Program-made: the position numbers and the translations under genes | Assembly: GCA_013265495.1 (NCBI GenBank) | Contig: MU058423.1 | Coordinates: 5,872,745-5,936,744, forward strand | Length of the DNA: 64,000 nucleotides | DNA from: Vicugna vicugna | Lineage: Eukaryota | Reading direction: 5' to 3' | Shown here: positions 52,020 through 64,000 of the stretch, piece by piece | How positions within the stretch are numbered: position 1 is the stretch's first letter | How the letters are laid out: each line of letters opens with the position of its first letter | The notes under the pieces: generated by a model | Seen by the model: the letters and a program-made list of their open reading frames with translations, nothing else | What the model was told of the DNA's origin: nothing | Databases searched by the model: none

Positions 52020-53050
52020 GTTTGAACATTCTCTTAATCATGCAATCTTCATATTAGAGATATTTCCTTTTCTAGGATTTATCTACTTAGATATTTTGCC
52101 TCTTTTTCCTATTACATAGCTTTACATGTCATTATTGTTTTGTCTTTCAATATACAGGTTAATATAATAACCCTTTAACGTTTATATGTCACAAATATAT
52201 TCTCTCAACTTGTAAATTTACAACTCTTTTAAAAAACATCTTATTATCTATTAATGTACAAAATTTTGAAAATTTAATGTATTAAAATGTATCAATATTT
52301 TCCTTAGTGGTTTTGTTTGTTTTTGTATATTATTTATAAAATCCTTTCTTGAGATCTTAAAAATGTACATTGATGCTTATTACAGGTGGTTTTAATTTTA
52401 TTTTCACACTTAGATATATTTACCTGGCACAGATTTCTATGTATGCTTAAAAAAAAGGAATCCAATTTTATTTGTTCTATAAGAAATAACCAATTGCCCT
52501 AGCATCATTCTCAGTCCATTCTCTCCATATCAATATTCAATGTCACCCTTTCCATACAGCAGGTTGCCATAAATCTGTGAATGGTTTCTCTTCTCTTTAT
52601 TCTATTATTTTGGCCTAGCTCAGCAAATATCATCACTCTTTTATAGAGCTATAATTTTAAAATATAAATTAATATGTCTTGGGATAATTATTGCCACATT
52701 TTTATTCTACTTCAATATTGATAAATTGTTCTTGACCTTTTGTATTCTCACATAGTTCTCACGGGGTTTTTAGATATAGCATATCAATTTCTACTAAAAA
52801 TGAGATCTATAAATCTTTGAATTTATATTTTAATTTGGGGAAAACTAAAATTTTTAAAACACTATATTTTTATGAGATGACCATGGACTGTCTCTCCATT
52901 TATTAAAGATGACTTTTGACTTTAATACCTTTCAATAAAGTTTTGTCGTGTTACCCATAAAATCTTTCATATCCTTAATTATACTTCATCCTACTTGTCT
53001 TTTTTCTGATAGTAATGTTAAATTATATCTTAAGAATTCACTTACTAAAT
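52020..53050 (-). mobile_element. Old L1 (L1ME-like) ORF2 3' fragment
   Basis: aaccaattgccctagcatcatt, gaccatggactgtctctccatttatt and tttcaataaagttttg. Confidence 0.7.
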
Positions 53051-54217
53051 TATTCTTCTGCTGCTTATTTTGACACACAGAAATGGGCTGTGCCTATTTT
53101 AATATGCACATATATTATTTTGATAAAACTAAAAATAATCTGAAGGTTTAAAAACAAGACAAATTTTAACATAAAATTCTAAATGGTGATGGAAATAATG
53201 GATAGGAATATAGTCTCACAGCAAGCATGACTATAAACTCATGACTGACATCCAGATCTGGTCAGTAGTTCTTATACTTTTTTTCTTTTGTTAGTCTTGT
53301 ATCTGGTTAACACTTGGTTTTGTTTTCTGAATTAGAATTTGTAGTCAACCTTTTCTAACAGTAAAATGAATCATTTATACATTATGTGATATAAGGTTTC
53401 ATATTATATTAGATATAGTCTAAATTATGACACTACTATATTATTCTTTTTTAAGGTAAGATTCTTCCACAAATCTAGTTGACCTGGTGAGTGGCAGAAA
53501 TTCAAACACTCAGACCTCTAGAGAACTATATATATTCTCTTTTTGCCTTTGAAATTATGTTCTGCCACTCCTTCCGAGGAAATTTTTGCTGCTTCAAGGA
53601 TGGACACACCTTTAAAATTAATGAGAAAGTGACTTTTTTTAAATTTAAGACACAATCAATTAAAAAACGTTTATTCTGTATCAAAGCAATGTTTTAAAAT
53701 TAAAACATGTACATATACATCTGAATATGTACATATGTTGCATATATAATAATAAATAATTCTGATGTTGATATAGATGTACATATTCATATCCTGTGGC
53801 CATATAAATACATCTTTAAAATGCTCTCCTTAGAATAAAAGCATTTGTGGGACTATAGTTGGTAGTTTTATTTTAATACATACAATTTGACTATCATTGA
53901 AAATTATTTTTACCAAAATTCATTTCAGTACCTTTTATCTTTTGTCTTCAATATCAAACTCTTTGGAGTATATTAAATCACAAATTGGCCCAAATGGAAC
54001 TGCATCTCTCCCCATATTGGTGCGCACTTAGGGTGTGGGTGAAGGGAAAGGTGAAACCATGTGTTGCAGACTAGGAGCCAGATGCCCCTCTGAGTATAGA
54101 TTCCATTGCTCCTACACATACGGGGACATTTGTCAAGCTGAAAATATGACTTCACTTAAGTTAAACACACATTTGAACTAAAATTAAACGTAGTACAATA
54201 CTGCCTACCATTGGTAT

Positions 54218-54696
54218 TGTGGAACAAACATACTGGAAACCACATTAGTAAGCAAAGAATGATGAAACCATCAAGTCATCAACGACTGCCGCCACCCTCC
54301 AGTGAAGACAAGCCTGCAGCCCGGCCTCTGCGGCCACTTACAGTGGTGCACTCTGAAGGGACTCAGAGTAATAAAGGACAGGATACTGGCCCTAGATGGC
54401 TAGATGCTTGTCAAAGGAATGAATTCAATGAGCCCAAATGTTTGCTCCCTCCCATAGATAGAAAAGCACTACATTCTTTAACTTGAGATGCCTGGTTTTC
54501 CTTAGATAACAAGTAATCTTTTATTGTTCCAACTACCTGGTCTTTGTTGTAAAGCTCCTATATATCCTAGCTCCTCCCCTACCTCTTTGGAGCAGTCCCT
54601 TAGAGGGATCTAAGAGGCTGTCATCCCGGCTCAAGCTTTCCCGCCAAATAAAAAATAACTCTCAACTTTCAGGCTGCACATTTATTTCAGTTGACA
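54218..54696 (+). mobile_element. Class I ERV solo LTR (479 bp, MER34-like) with a 4-bp TSD
   Basis: TG...CA termini, TSD gtat at 54214-54217 and 54697-54700, TATA (cctatatatc), AATAAA at ~54647 and terminal tttcagttgaca. Confidence 0.9.
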
Positions 54697-56029
54697 GTAT
54701 CATAAAAGCAATCATCACTTTAAGAAAGGCAAATTCTAGAACTTCTGACTCAATAACTATAAGCCAAATTTCCACCCGAATAATGTTTTCATAATGAATT
54801 TCCATTTTAAATTCTATGCAAACACGACTTAGAAATTTAATTTTGTTTAGTAGATCAAGTAGACTCTTGTTTTATCTCAGCATGATTTCACGGAATAGTT
54901 GGTAAGACAATAAAGTTGTAAAAATAAAGGTACAAGGTACACTATAAAACATCAGGAAGTAAGAATGCGTTTTAACCTGTGCTTTGATGTGATAATGTTG
55001 TGTTTCTCTTTTTGCATAACAGGAATGCTTTCTACATATGTTTTTAGATTCTTCTATACAAATTTTGGGAAAATAAAATTCCAGTAGTTTTCTCTATGTA
55101 CTTTCATATAGCCCTAGCCTTGAAAGACAAAAAAAAGCATATGCTATAACGTTAGAAAATATTTTCCTCTTTTCTCCCAGAAACATGTTAACACACCATA
55201 AGGTTAGATTTGTAGTCATTTATATAGAACTTCTTTTCTCTCTCTTAGAGCCAGTTACATTCTTTAAGAGGTACCTAGGTTAGCTCTGATGGTACCAAGA
55301 AGACTGAAGTATTATTTTCCTAGCTATCTCAGGAAGATGTCTCTATACTGTAAAAGCCAACATTCCTAGGGTTTCTGGCTCCTAGAGATATTTATTTACA
55401 TACAAAAGTACTGGAATAAAAAGGAAATCCTTTCAGAAGAGGAGGGGGACAGTTGCCCCCTGTGCCTCTGTAAGCAAAGAAAAGTTGTCTCCTCTTCTTT
55501 CACTCTGGAGTATCCAGCTTGGACAACTGACCTATCTCTCATTGGGTTGCCATGCGGGGTAAGGATAAGGGGAAAGAGGGATCAGCACACTCATATGCTG
55601 TGACCAAAACACCTCGTATGTCCATTTAAGATAAAATATAATAAAGATGAAAAAAAACCCACAAATGTTTACAATTAATGAATACAGAGAGTAAATAATT
55701 CCAACGAATGAATTATAATAATCTTGTGAGTGCCAGAGCTGCAGATCTTCTATACCTTTTACAAATCTGTTATGTATTTTTAAAATTTTCCTCTAAAGCA
55801 TGAAAAATGTATTGCTTCTTAAATGGTACATCAATGCATTTCAAAAGGTGGTCTAACAAAGCACTAAGGGGTGGTGAGTTACCTTTATATTTAAAACAGG
55901 CAATTATAAGAGCTCCAAATCCCAAGTCAGTCAATCAGATGTAGGTAAGATATGCATCCCAAGAGATCCTCAACACATTTTTTCTGGTGAGATTTTCAAA
56001 TAGAACTTGAACAATGATACCAATGACAA

Positions 56030-56570
56030 AAATGATAATATACTATCCCCCAATTTTGAATGTTTATATTGTGTCAGGAACTACGCTAAAAATCTTTATA
56101 GAAAACTTTTTTTTAATCATGTGTACAATAAAACTCTATTCTACAGATAATCTTAGTTTGCACTCCTGGTCTGATCTGAATTACCAACTACCTCAAAAGG
56201 CTCTACCTGAACATCCTTTTATATGGTGTACACTGACCTCTAGGTTAGCATTGTGTTTCTTTTTTTGCTAGCATTTACCAAAGTCTATTGTGAATTCATA
56301 AATAGATTGATTTTAGTGTGATATATCTCCCCCTAAAGAATGTGAGTTCTATTAAGGAAAAAAATATCATGTAACTTTTATAAATTTTATTTCCAGTAGC
56401 TAGCTTTGTGTTTGCCAGTATATGTTCACTATCATTTTCAAATGCATAAATATATGAATGAGACCCAGAGACATTAAATATTTTCTCTATGGTCCCACAC
56501 CTACTAATGGACAGACCAGGGATGCAAGCCAATCCTGTCTCATTGCAAAACCTGTTTATTTATCATTACA
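56030..56570. mobile_element. MIR (minus) interrupted by an L2 3' end (plus, ~56150-56430)
   Basis: MIR: tgaatgtttatattgtgtcagg and gagacccagagacattaaata..ggtcccacac. L2: ctccccctaaagaatgtgagttc..ttccagtagctagc. Confidence 0.5.
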
Positions 56571-57609
56571 CCAAATGGCTTTGCCTGGATATTTTATAAT
56601 CAAGATTTTTGGGTCTCAAATATGAGAATCACGTTAAGCTCTTCCTTTCAGCTCTTTCATATAGATTCTAAATATCTGTCTCAGTTTTTCTGGCAATTTT
56701 CTGTAACATCTTGTGATGCAAAACTTTGTTATACCATCTCAGCTATTCACACATTAACATTTAGCAAGATTCTCTCCACTGGGGTTGTAGAGTGTAAAAT
56801 GGGAAACATTCTTTGAGCATTGTAGTACAGTTGAAGTTGTCTTCACTGGGCGTAAAGTGAGAATGCATTAATTTATAGATCCTCTGTTTCTCTCTTTCCT
56901 GTATCTCTGTTTTTACTGCCAAGCCATTACTCTAAGACAGTGCAGTAGTAACATAAGCTTGGCCTGGGCTGCCACGTTCCCTGGGGTGTTTTGGGTCTGA
57001 TTTGAATGGTCACGTGGAGGTCTGGCAATGATACTATGGTACTTGGAAATATGAGGAAATGATACAAATACTTTGTAACTAATTAAAAATCTGTAGTGTT
57101 GACATCTGCTTAATACTCGGAGTAATTCCAGAAGTTGATAGCAAACCACCTCTAAGAGGCAAGGGTCTGAGGCAGCCTCTTTAAATAAAGTAATTATGAA
57201 GAGTAGTGGCATGGATATAAACTTGGAGATCATCCAAATAAAGTCATAAAAGGTGTTAATTGGTACTGAGGATTAGAATGCAATAAAAAGAACAAATTTA
57301 CAACACTGACTATTTTACAGTGGAGGTAATTTTTCTACTCCAGAGACTACAAATATACCTGAGTATTAGCAGAAAAAGTTACTAGGTTTCAGTTCTTCCA
57401 ATTTTAAAGTATCATAAGTTGTATTTAGATTTTGACAAGTTACATATGTGGCTTTTATCTATCTAGTTAACAAAAAAGAACAGCATGATTTTCCAACCAA
57501 TTAACAATTTAAGGATTCCACCAAAATGTAAAGACATTATTAAAACACTTAGGGAATGCATCAAAACCCTGTCATTTAAATCAGAATACAGCCATAACAA
57601 ATCAAACAG

Positions 57610-58160
57610 CCTCTGTGTGTACATGCATATATTTTTATTTGTCCTTCACTAAATATAGAAAAACAGTTTTATGGGGACCTCTGCTTTCATTTTACTTGGG
57701 TATATAACTATGAGTGGAATTGCTGGGCCATATAGTAATTCCATGTTTAACATTTTGAGGGAGTAGTTACACCATTTTACAGTTTTACCAGGAGCCTATG
57801 AGAGTTCCAAATTACCCAGTACTCACTGATTATCACCTGCCTTGGGAACATAGCTAGCCTATTGGATATAAACTGGTAATGACACATTGTGATTTTGATT
57901 TATATTTCTTTGATGATTAATGATTTTGAGCATCTTTCAAATCCTTAGCTCATTATCATATTGAATTATTTGGCTTTTTAATATTCAGTTATTATTTATT
58001 TCTATATTCAGTTGTAGAGTTCTTCATATATACTGGATATCAGTCCCTAATGAGATACATGATTTGCAATTATTTTTTTCTCCTTCTATGGGTTGTCTTT
58101 CCTCTTTCTTCGTGATATCATTCACAGCAAAAAAAAAAAAAAAGATTTTAATCTTGACTT
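57610..58160 (-). mobile_element. L1 (L1MB/MC-like) ORF2 3' fragment
   Basis: gagtggaattgctgggccatatagtaattccatgtttaac, ttttgagcatcttttc-like sequence and atacatgatttgcaa. Confidence 0.82.
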
Positions 58161-58162
58161 AG

Positions 58163-59015
58163 TCTTTGGATATTGGAGGCAATGTATCTGTCATTTGGGT
58201 GTGTTGTTCCAGCCTCTTTACTGAGTGACCTGAAAAGCTGCTTGCTGTGTGGGGACCAGAACAGAAGAAGGTTTTGCAACAGGTCCAGGCTTCTGTGCAA
58301 GCTGCTTTGCCACCTGGGCCATATGATCCTGCAGATTCCTTGGTATTTAAAGTGTCAGTGACAGAGAAGGGTGCTGTGGGAAGCTTCTGGCAGGCCCTTA
58401 CATGTAAATCTCTGTGCAGGCCCTTAGGATCCTGGGGGCAAAGTCCTGCTATCCTCTGCAGACAACTACTCTCCTTTTGAGAAACAGCTCTTGGCCTGCT
58501 CCTGGGCTTAGCAGAAACTGAATGCTTACTTCTGAGCCAGCACGGGCAACCTGAGTTGCCCATCCAGCTCCACAACCCCTATGTGGGGAGTGCCCAGCAA
58601 GACTTCATCATCAAATAGAAGCAGTACATACGTGAGCAGTCCTAAGCGGGCCCTGAAGGCACATACAAGTTATATGAAGAAGTGGCCCAGATACTCACAG
58701 TTGCCACTCTTGCTATACTGCCTTCTGTCTCCCAGCCTGTGTATCCAGGGCCTCATGGGGAGTTCCCTTCAAAAAGTTGGCAGAGAAGGAGAAGACTTGG
58801 GTCTGGTTTACACCTGATTCTGTATGATATGCACGCACCTGAAAGCGGGCAGCTGCAGCACTATGGCCCCTCTCTGGGCCGTCCCTGAAGGACAGTGGTG
58901 AAGGGACATTCTCCCAGTGGGCAGAACTTAGAGAAGTCCACCTGGTTGTTCACATTCCTTGAAAGGAAAAATGACCAGACATGCAATTATACAGTTACTC
59001 ATGAGCTGTGACCAA
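58163..59015 (+). mobile_element. ERVL pol fragment (connection and RNase H region)
   Basis: ORF 58247-58480 (WGPEQKKVLQQVQASVQAALPPGPYDPADSLV) matches ERV-L pol. Also tcccagtgggcagaactt (SQWAEL). Frameshifted. Confidence 0.88.
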
Positions 59016-59100
59016 AGAGAAACTGTGAGATAATAAGTGTACACCGTTTTGAGTCTCTAAAGCGTGTAGTAATTTGTTAGACCATATAGATAACTAATAC
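59016..59100 (+). mobile_element. MLT1 LTR 3'-terminal fragment
   Basis: agaaactgtgagataataagtg..gtaatttgtta..tagataactaatac. Confidence 0.75.
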
Positions 59101-59119
59101 TTTAAGAAGGGTAGGTCCT

Positions 59120-60060
59120 GTTAAATGTATGTTGAGTCATCTTTGCCTGTCTTCAGTAACTTTCTGTTTCTTTCTTTTTAATTTTAAAAGTGTTCCAAAA
59201 ATATATTTCTCTTAAATCAACATTCATTGTGTTTATTTGCTATTAATTTTATTCTAGCTTGGTGTTTATTTCTGAAATAATTTTGTTACTTTATATGTAT
59301 TTTCTACCTTCTAACAGTTCTCTCAAAAATCTTTCATATTCCCCAAATGACCTCACTAATGAATTTTTCTAAATTTGACTTATATTGCTTTTGATTTTTC
59401 ATAGCTTCTGTAATTTAATACACTATTTTTACCTTGCTTGAAAGCATTCAGGTAAATTTCTCATTTTTCTTGAGCATCTCATTTTGGCATGTATTTACTG
59501 TCTGAATGGACATTAATCTGTTTTTATTTCAGTTTTAATAACTGTTTTTATGGCATTTAATATCAATTATGTTCTGTTGCTTAGGTTCAACTAAGAGGAG
59601 TTTCCCAGTAGTTCTAAAACAGGAGGTGGGCCAGGACAGCTTTTTCTAATTTCAAAAATCCAGATCTCTCTCTTCAACTGTTTTCTCAAAATGTCAGTTA
59701 ATATAGCCTTCTTTCTCTGAGCCAACTGTCTCCTCCTCTTTGAATTTCACGTGGATTTTCTCTTCGATGGCCCTATTACCTCAGTCTGTTCTACTTCTAG
59801 ACTTTCTCCTTAGTGTTGGTCTTTGTCCTGGAAAGGAGCTTTGGCTGGTTAGTCTGCAGTCTGTGAGGCCCAGACAACTCCAGCCTTTCTGTGGTCCACT
59901 GCTCATCTGCATCTGCTCTCACCGGCAGACACCGGCTGCCATTCTCAGAGTAGCCTGCCAAAATTTACTGTGGGTAGCTGTCGGGAACACTAGAATTTCG
60001 TGATTTTTAGGACCACTGGAAATTCCTTTGCTTTGGTTTCCCTTGGCTTCTTCCTGCACA
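59120..60060 (-). mobile_element. Old L1ME/HAL1-like 5' region
   Basis: T-rich ORF1-like antisense followed by a GC-richer 5' UTR-like segment (cctggaaaggagctttggctggttag). Confidence 0.45.
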
Positions 60061-60192
60061 GTTGCTGATTATAAGCAGCATATATACCTGCCACTTTGAT
60101 TACTAAGTCCTAATTTTGGGTTTATGGTTATAATGTTACTGATTAATACTTTCTCTGTGTGTGAGGATTTGTGTCTGAGTGTTTCATTTTAC

Positions 60193-60408
60193 TGTCTTAG
60201 CTTTCCTATCTGTAACAAATTTTCTATAACAAATTTTCACAAACTTGGTGACTTAACACAACAGAATTTTGTTCTCTTACTGTTCTAAAGGCCAGAAATC
60301 TGAAACTGAAGTGTCACCAAGGCTGTGCTCCCTTCAGACTCTAAAGGAGATTCTATTCCTTACTTTTCCAGCTTCTTGTGGTGTCTGCATTCCTTGGCTT
60401 GTGACCAT
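60193..60408 (-). mobile_element. MaLR LTR fragment (MLT1B/C-like)
   Basis: cacaaacttggtgacttaa..ggccagaaatctgaaa..ttccagcttct..cattccttggcttgtg. Confidence 0.82.
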
Positions 60409-61494
60409 GAACTAGTATCATTTTACAGGATCTTCTAAATCATCATTTACTTGAGAACATAGATCATGTGCTATATTTATTATTTGCCTCAGGCATAATA
60501 ATTTCAACACAGTAATCAGGACATATTGTTTAATGAATAACAATAAACTGCATAAGTATAATAATAGCTAAGTCTGAACAGCACCTCGAATACCAGCTAG
60601 ACCCCAAGAAATTTATAAAGACAGGATGCCTTACGTCTACGGCATGGTTGTTTCTTTCATTGACCTAATTTCCTAAGTTTCTGACCCAAGTCTTAATAGG
60701 AATATCAATCAGCATAATCAATATATCCCAACTTCTGTGGGTGGAAGGAATTAGAGTACCTGTGATGTATAAGAGCCAACCTATGACAAAATCCTAGGAG
60801 CTTCTTCATCTGCTCCTCCAGGGAGATAGAGTGATTGTAAACGTGTCCTGGTAGAAAAGCTGCTCACTGTTTTCCTCCAATAACAATTCCCTTTCACAAT
60901 GAATATGGATTCCTCTGTGCTCACATTTGAACCAGATCCCAAAATTTTCACCTAGATTACAATGGTGTTTTAAAAACTTTAAAAAAAATTTGTAGTTTGC
61001 TAGTACAGCCTCAAAAAATTTGATATACTAGTCTCAGATTTTCAGGCTGCAGTCAAAAGATCTGTTGTAATATAATCAACTTTTCCTTTGTCCACCTGTC
61101 TTGAAAATAAGTGGGAAAGGAGACCTCTAAGAGGTTCTTATGTGAATATATCACAAAACTCACTTAGGTTAGAGACTACGCTGCTTAACTTTATGTTGCA
61201 TATTTTTTTCATGATATACTTCTTTATTTATTTCAAACTCCCCTGCCAACATGGCTAGAAAAATATCCTGCAAAGAGGAGTGCTGTATGTTAAGCACCTA
61301 ATGATTAAGACAAACATAATCACGCATTGCTTATACTGAGTCTTCACAATTGTTTCTTTATTCCCTTTTTTCTCCTGTATTTCATTACTGATCCTGATCA
61401 GGGCAGTATTAACTAAATAAAAGTAATAACTATTATATTGAATACATACAGTCCCCTTTGCCTCAATAAATGTTTTACACTAATATTATCAAAT

Positions 61495-61612
61495 TCAATT
61501 TAATTAATTCAGTGCTTATGAAACTTCACTGTGCGATAGGCATTGTACAAGGTACGAGATATACAGAGGAGAATTGAAGACGTGGCATCCACTCTCTTGG
61601 AACCCAAAGTAT
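61495..61612 (-). mobile_element. L2 3' end
   Basis: actgtgcgataggcattgtacaaggtac..actctcttggaac. Confidence 0.45.
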
Positions 61613-62989
61613 TTGGGTCATTACCTCAATTGCTTGCACACATGTCTAATTTATTAGGGGAGGGAACGAACATAAATGAAAAATACAATATGACCCCTTC
61701 CTGAGAACTGTATTTTGTTAACACGAGGTTGTTAAATGCAGCAAATTAGAAGCTATTTGAGAGAGTATGCAATAGATTCTCATTCTAATTCTCTAAATAT
61801 TTGTAAATGAATGGAGAATTAAGAAGGTAGAAAGTTGTCAGAGAATTCAAGCTGTGTTACTGCAATGACGTTTTCCAATGCATTAGTTAGTGCTAAGTTT
61901 TTTTTAAAGACATAATATTTAATGTCAATTATCACTTCTCAATACACAAAATAAGAACTTTTTTGGAGCCTAATGATGAAGATCTGTAACTCTGATTATT
62001 GACAACACATTTTATCATTTACTAGAATTCAGGAAGAAAATGTGTCTTATTTTTTAGCCGAAAGTTTGCTACTTAGAAGTAATAATCATTATTATAAGAG
62101 TAATGGCAGTAAAACAATCATTTGAAAAATAAGGAAAGTTAGAAGAGATAAGTGAAGATGAAGTGTTAGTAACTCAGAGAGAAAAGATTTTTAATGTCCC
62201 TGTAGAGATCAAGCTGTTTCAGTATATTATATGACTCTGAATCATCCAGATTTTGAAACTAGATTCTGACAATAATAGTTTTATATAAAATATAGGTGTA
62301 GGAAATCAAGTTTTGCAAAAAAAAAATCCCCTAATGTCTCCCTGTATAATAGGTTTATTCCAATTTGGGGAAATATAAAATATTTTTCAATATTATCTCA
62401 GACACTGGTGGGGAAATATTCCAGCTACTCTCTGTATAAGAAGTAATGTCATATGAAGCTAAATTTCCTCTAGGACTTACATGAAAGAAGAGTTGTAAAA
62501 GGTATATTTAAAAAACTATTATAATTACTAGTCAAACATTTAAGGGATGGTTTATTTGCTGAAAAAAATCATTAGTTTTTATCATTCCATAACTAGGTTA
62601 TCATTGTGCTACAACATTTAAATAGTGAAATGAAATTAAGATGCTCTATGCATTTCCATCAGACAGGTGAATTTAAGGTTTCCTTGAAGTATCTTATTCA
62701 TATTTTATCTCATTTACTCAAATCTATCTTAAAGTTACAATTCTAATACTGTTGATGAACCCTATAAGTCAATCAATTGTAAAAGCTTTTATCGTTGTCT
62801 TTAAAAGCACAGACTTCAGAGTCAGACGCACTCTAAAACCTATTCTATGATTTTAGTAGACATCTATTTTAATACCATTTTTGGAATTCCTCCATACTTC
62901 CATACTTCCAATTCCCTGCTTCTACTCATAAAACTTTCTCTGAGGAGAATTTTTTTTTTTTTTCCTAACTCCAACTACAGTACCACTGT

Positions 62990-63445
62990 AGAGGCTACTA
63001 ATTGGTAGAGATTGCATCTCTGGACATGTCAGTAGGTATAGGATCTGACTGGGGTGAGCCACATTCTTGTCCTGTCATTTCAACTTTAAACTGAAGGAAA
63101 AAGAATTCATACTCTCTGATGGTGGCAATGGAAAAATATGAGCCTAGAAGTCATTGTGTTCATGATTCCTGCCTAGTTGAGAACTCAGCATAGCAGAATA
63201 AAACCAAAACACAAAGTAAAATAGAAAGGAAAAAACAAAAGTAAAAAAGAGTCCTACTGGAATTGCACTGGCTGAGGTCATCTATATTCTTACCCTTCCC
63301 ACTGTTGATTATATGAGCTAATAATTGTGTATTTGTTTCATTTTAATTCATTTATTCATTATTATTACTTTCTGTTTTGTGTTTGTTTTATTCTAAGCTG
63401 GTTAAAGTTTACTTTCTTCCTCTTGCAAAAAGTGCTGACTATTAT
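62990..63445 (+). mobile_element. Old MaLR LTR (MLT1K/L-like)
   Basis: atatgagcctagaag, ttatatgagctaataa and tctaagctggtt..cttgcaaaaagtgctgact. Confidence 0.5.
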
Positions 63446-63504
63446 AACTTCACAGCACATGTGACTTGAAACAAAAATTCCCTTCACTTGTAAAATTATT
63501 ATGA

Positions 63505-63870
63505 TATCTGAGTCAGTAAAGTTGTTTTGGTTTGAAATAACAGAAAATCTAAGTCAAAGCAGATTAAATAATTTGAGTATTGGATCACTGAAAATTTCAA
63601 GATAGGGCTGTACTAAGTGATAATCCAGCAGCTCAATGATATCACCTAAACTACGTTTCCTCATTCTTTCTACTCTGCTCTTTGTAGGATCAGTTTCATC
63701 TGAAAACAGCACCCCTTTGGTTGCTGGAGTAACATTCTCTTTGGTTCACATGAGCAGGAAAAAAGTACATCTTTGTCTTTGAATTCACTGGAATAAATCT
63801 GAAAGTGTCTGATTGAAACTGTTTAGATCAAAGTTGCTTGAAGTTCACACACCATAGCCACTCTGCAAAT
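63505..63870 (-). mobile_element. Old MaLR LTR (MLT1J/K-like)
   Basis: ataacagaaaatct..cagcagctcaatgatatcacc..tctttctactctgc. Confidence 0.55.
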
Positions 63871-64000
63871 TCTCAGTTATTGGTCCATGGTAAAATAAAT
63901 ACAAAAACTGGCAGCAAGTATTTAGAAAAGAATGTAGTCATTTAATATTGTGGAAATGTAAAATTTCCTGTGGAATGTAAAAAAAAAGATTTGGGCTTGT

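Noticed and set aside
53722..53789. 13-bp inverted repeat tgaatatgtacat / atgtacatattca
   Set aside because: It lies in low-complexity (AT/AC)-rich sequence where such matches arise easily; no TSD or MITE structure is evident.
55270..55610. Possible old ERVL LTR fragment
   Set aside because: Only vague resemblance, with no termini or TSD identified.
56880..57240. Pyrimidine tract, E-box (cacgtg) and a 106-aa minus ORF as a possible exon
   Set aside because: No recognisable protein similarity and no convincing splice-site pair; it cannot be supported without conservation or RNA data.
58159..58888. Cluster of overlapping ORFs as a domesticated retroviral gene
   Set aside because: These are short, frameshifted ERVL pol pieces with stops, and no continuous domain survives.
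1..64000. CRISPR array, operon or prokaryotic defence system
   Set aside because: The sequence is mammalian and repeat-rich, with no regularly spaced direct repeats and no long intact ORFs.

Overview
Mammalian non-coding DNA, AT-rich and CpG-depleted, and almost certainly camelid (alpaca, llama or camel): a vic-1-type tRNA-derived SINE sits at 37950-38091. I find no supportable host gene, RNA gene or CRISPR array. The longer recognisable ORFs in the track are broken LINE-1 or ERVL pol pieces, and the rest look like chance frames. The window is dense with decayed transposable elements. By eye roughly 40% is LINE-1 of several ages, alongside MaLR (MLT1) LTRs, ERVL pol remnants, class I and class II solo LTRs, and MIR and L2 relics. 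The most notable structures are: (1) a TSD-bounded 3.8-kb L1 that keeps its 5' UTR but lacks ORF1, the endonuclease domain, the RT FADD motif and the normal 3' terminus; (2) a twin-priming L1 inversion with only ~25 nt non-inverted; (3) a solo LTR with a 6-bp TSD (class II/betaretrovirus-like) inside an L1; (4) a 109-nt orphan A-tract; (5) a CCAAT cluster with a perfect hairpin. Repeat family names come from recalled consensus similarity, not a database search, so boundaries of old elements are approximate. I see no convincing novel biological system.
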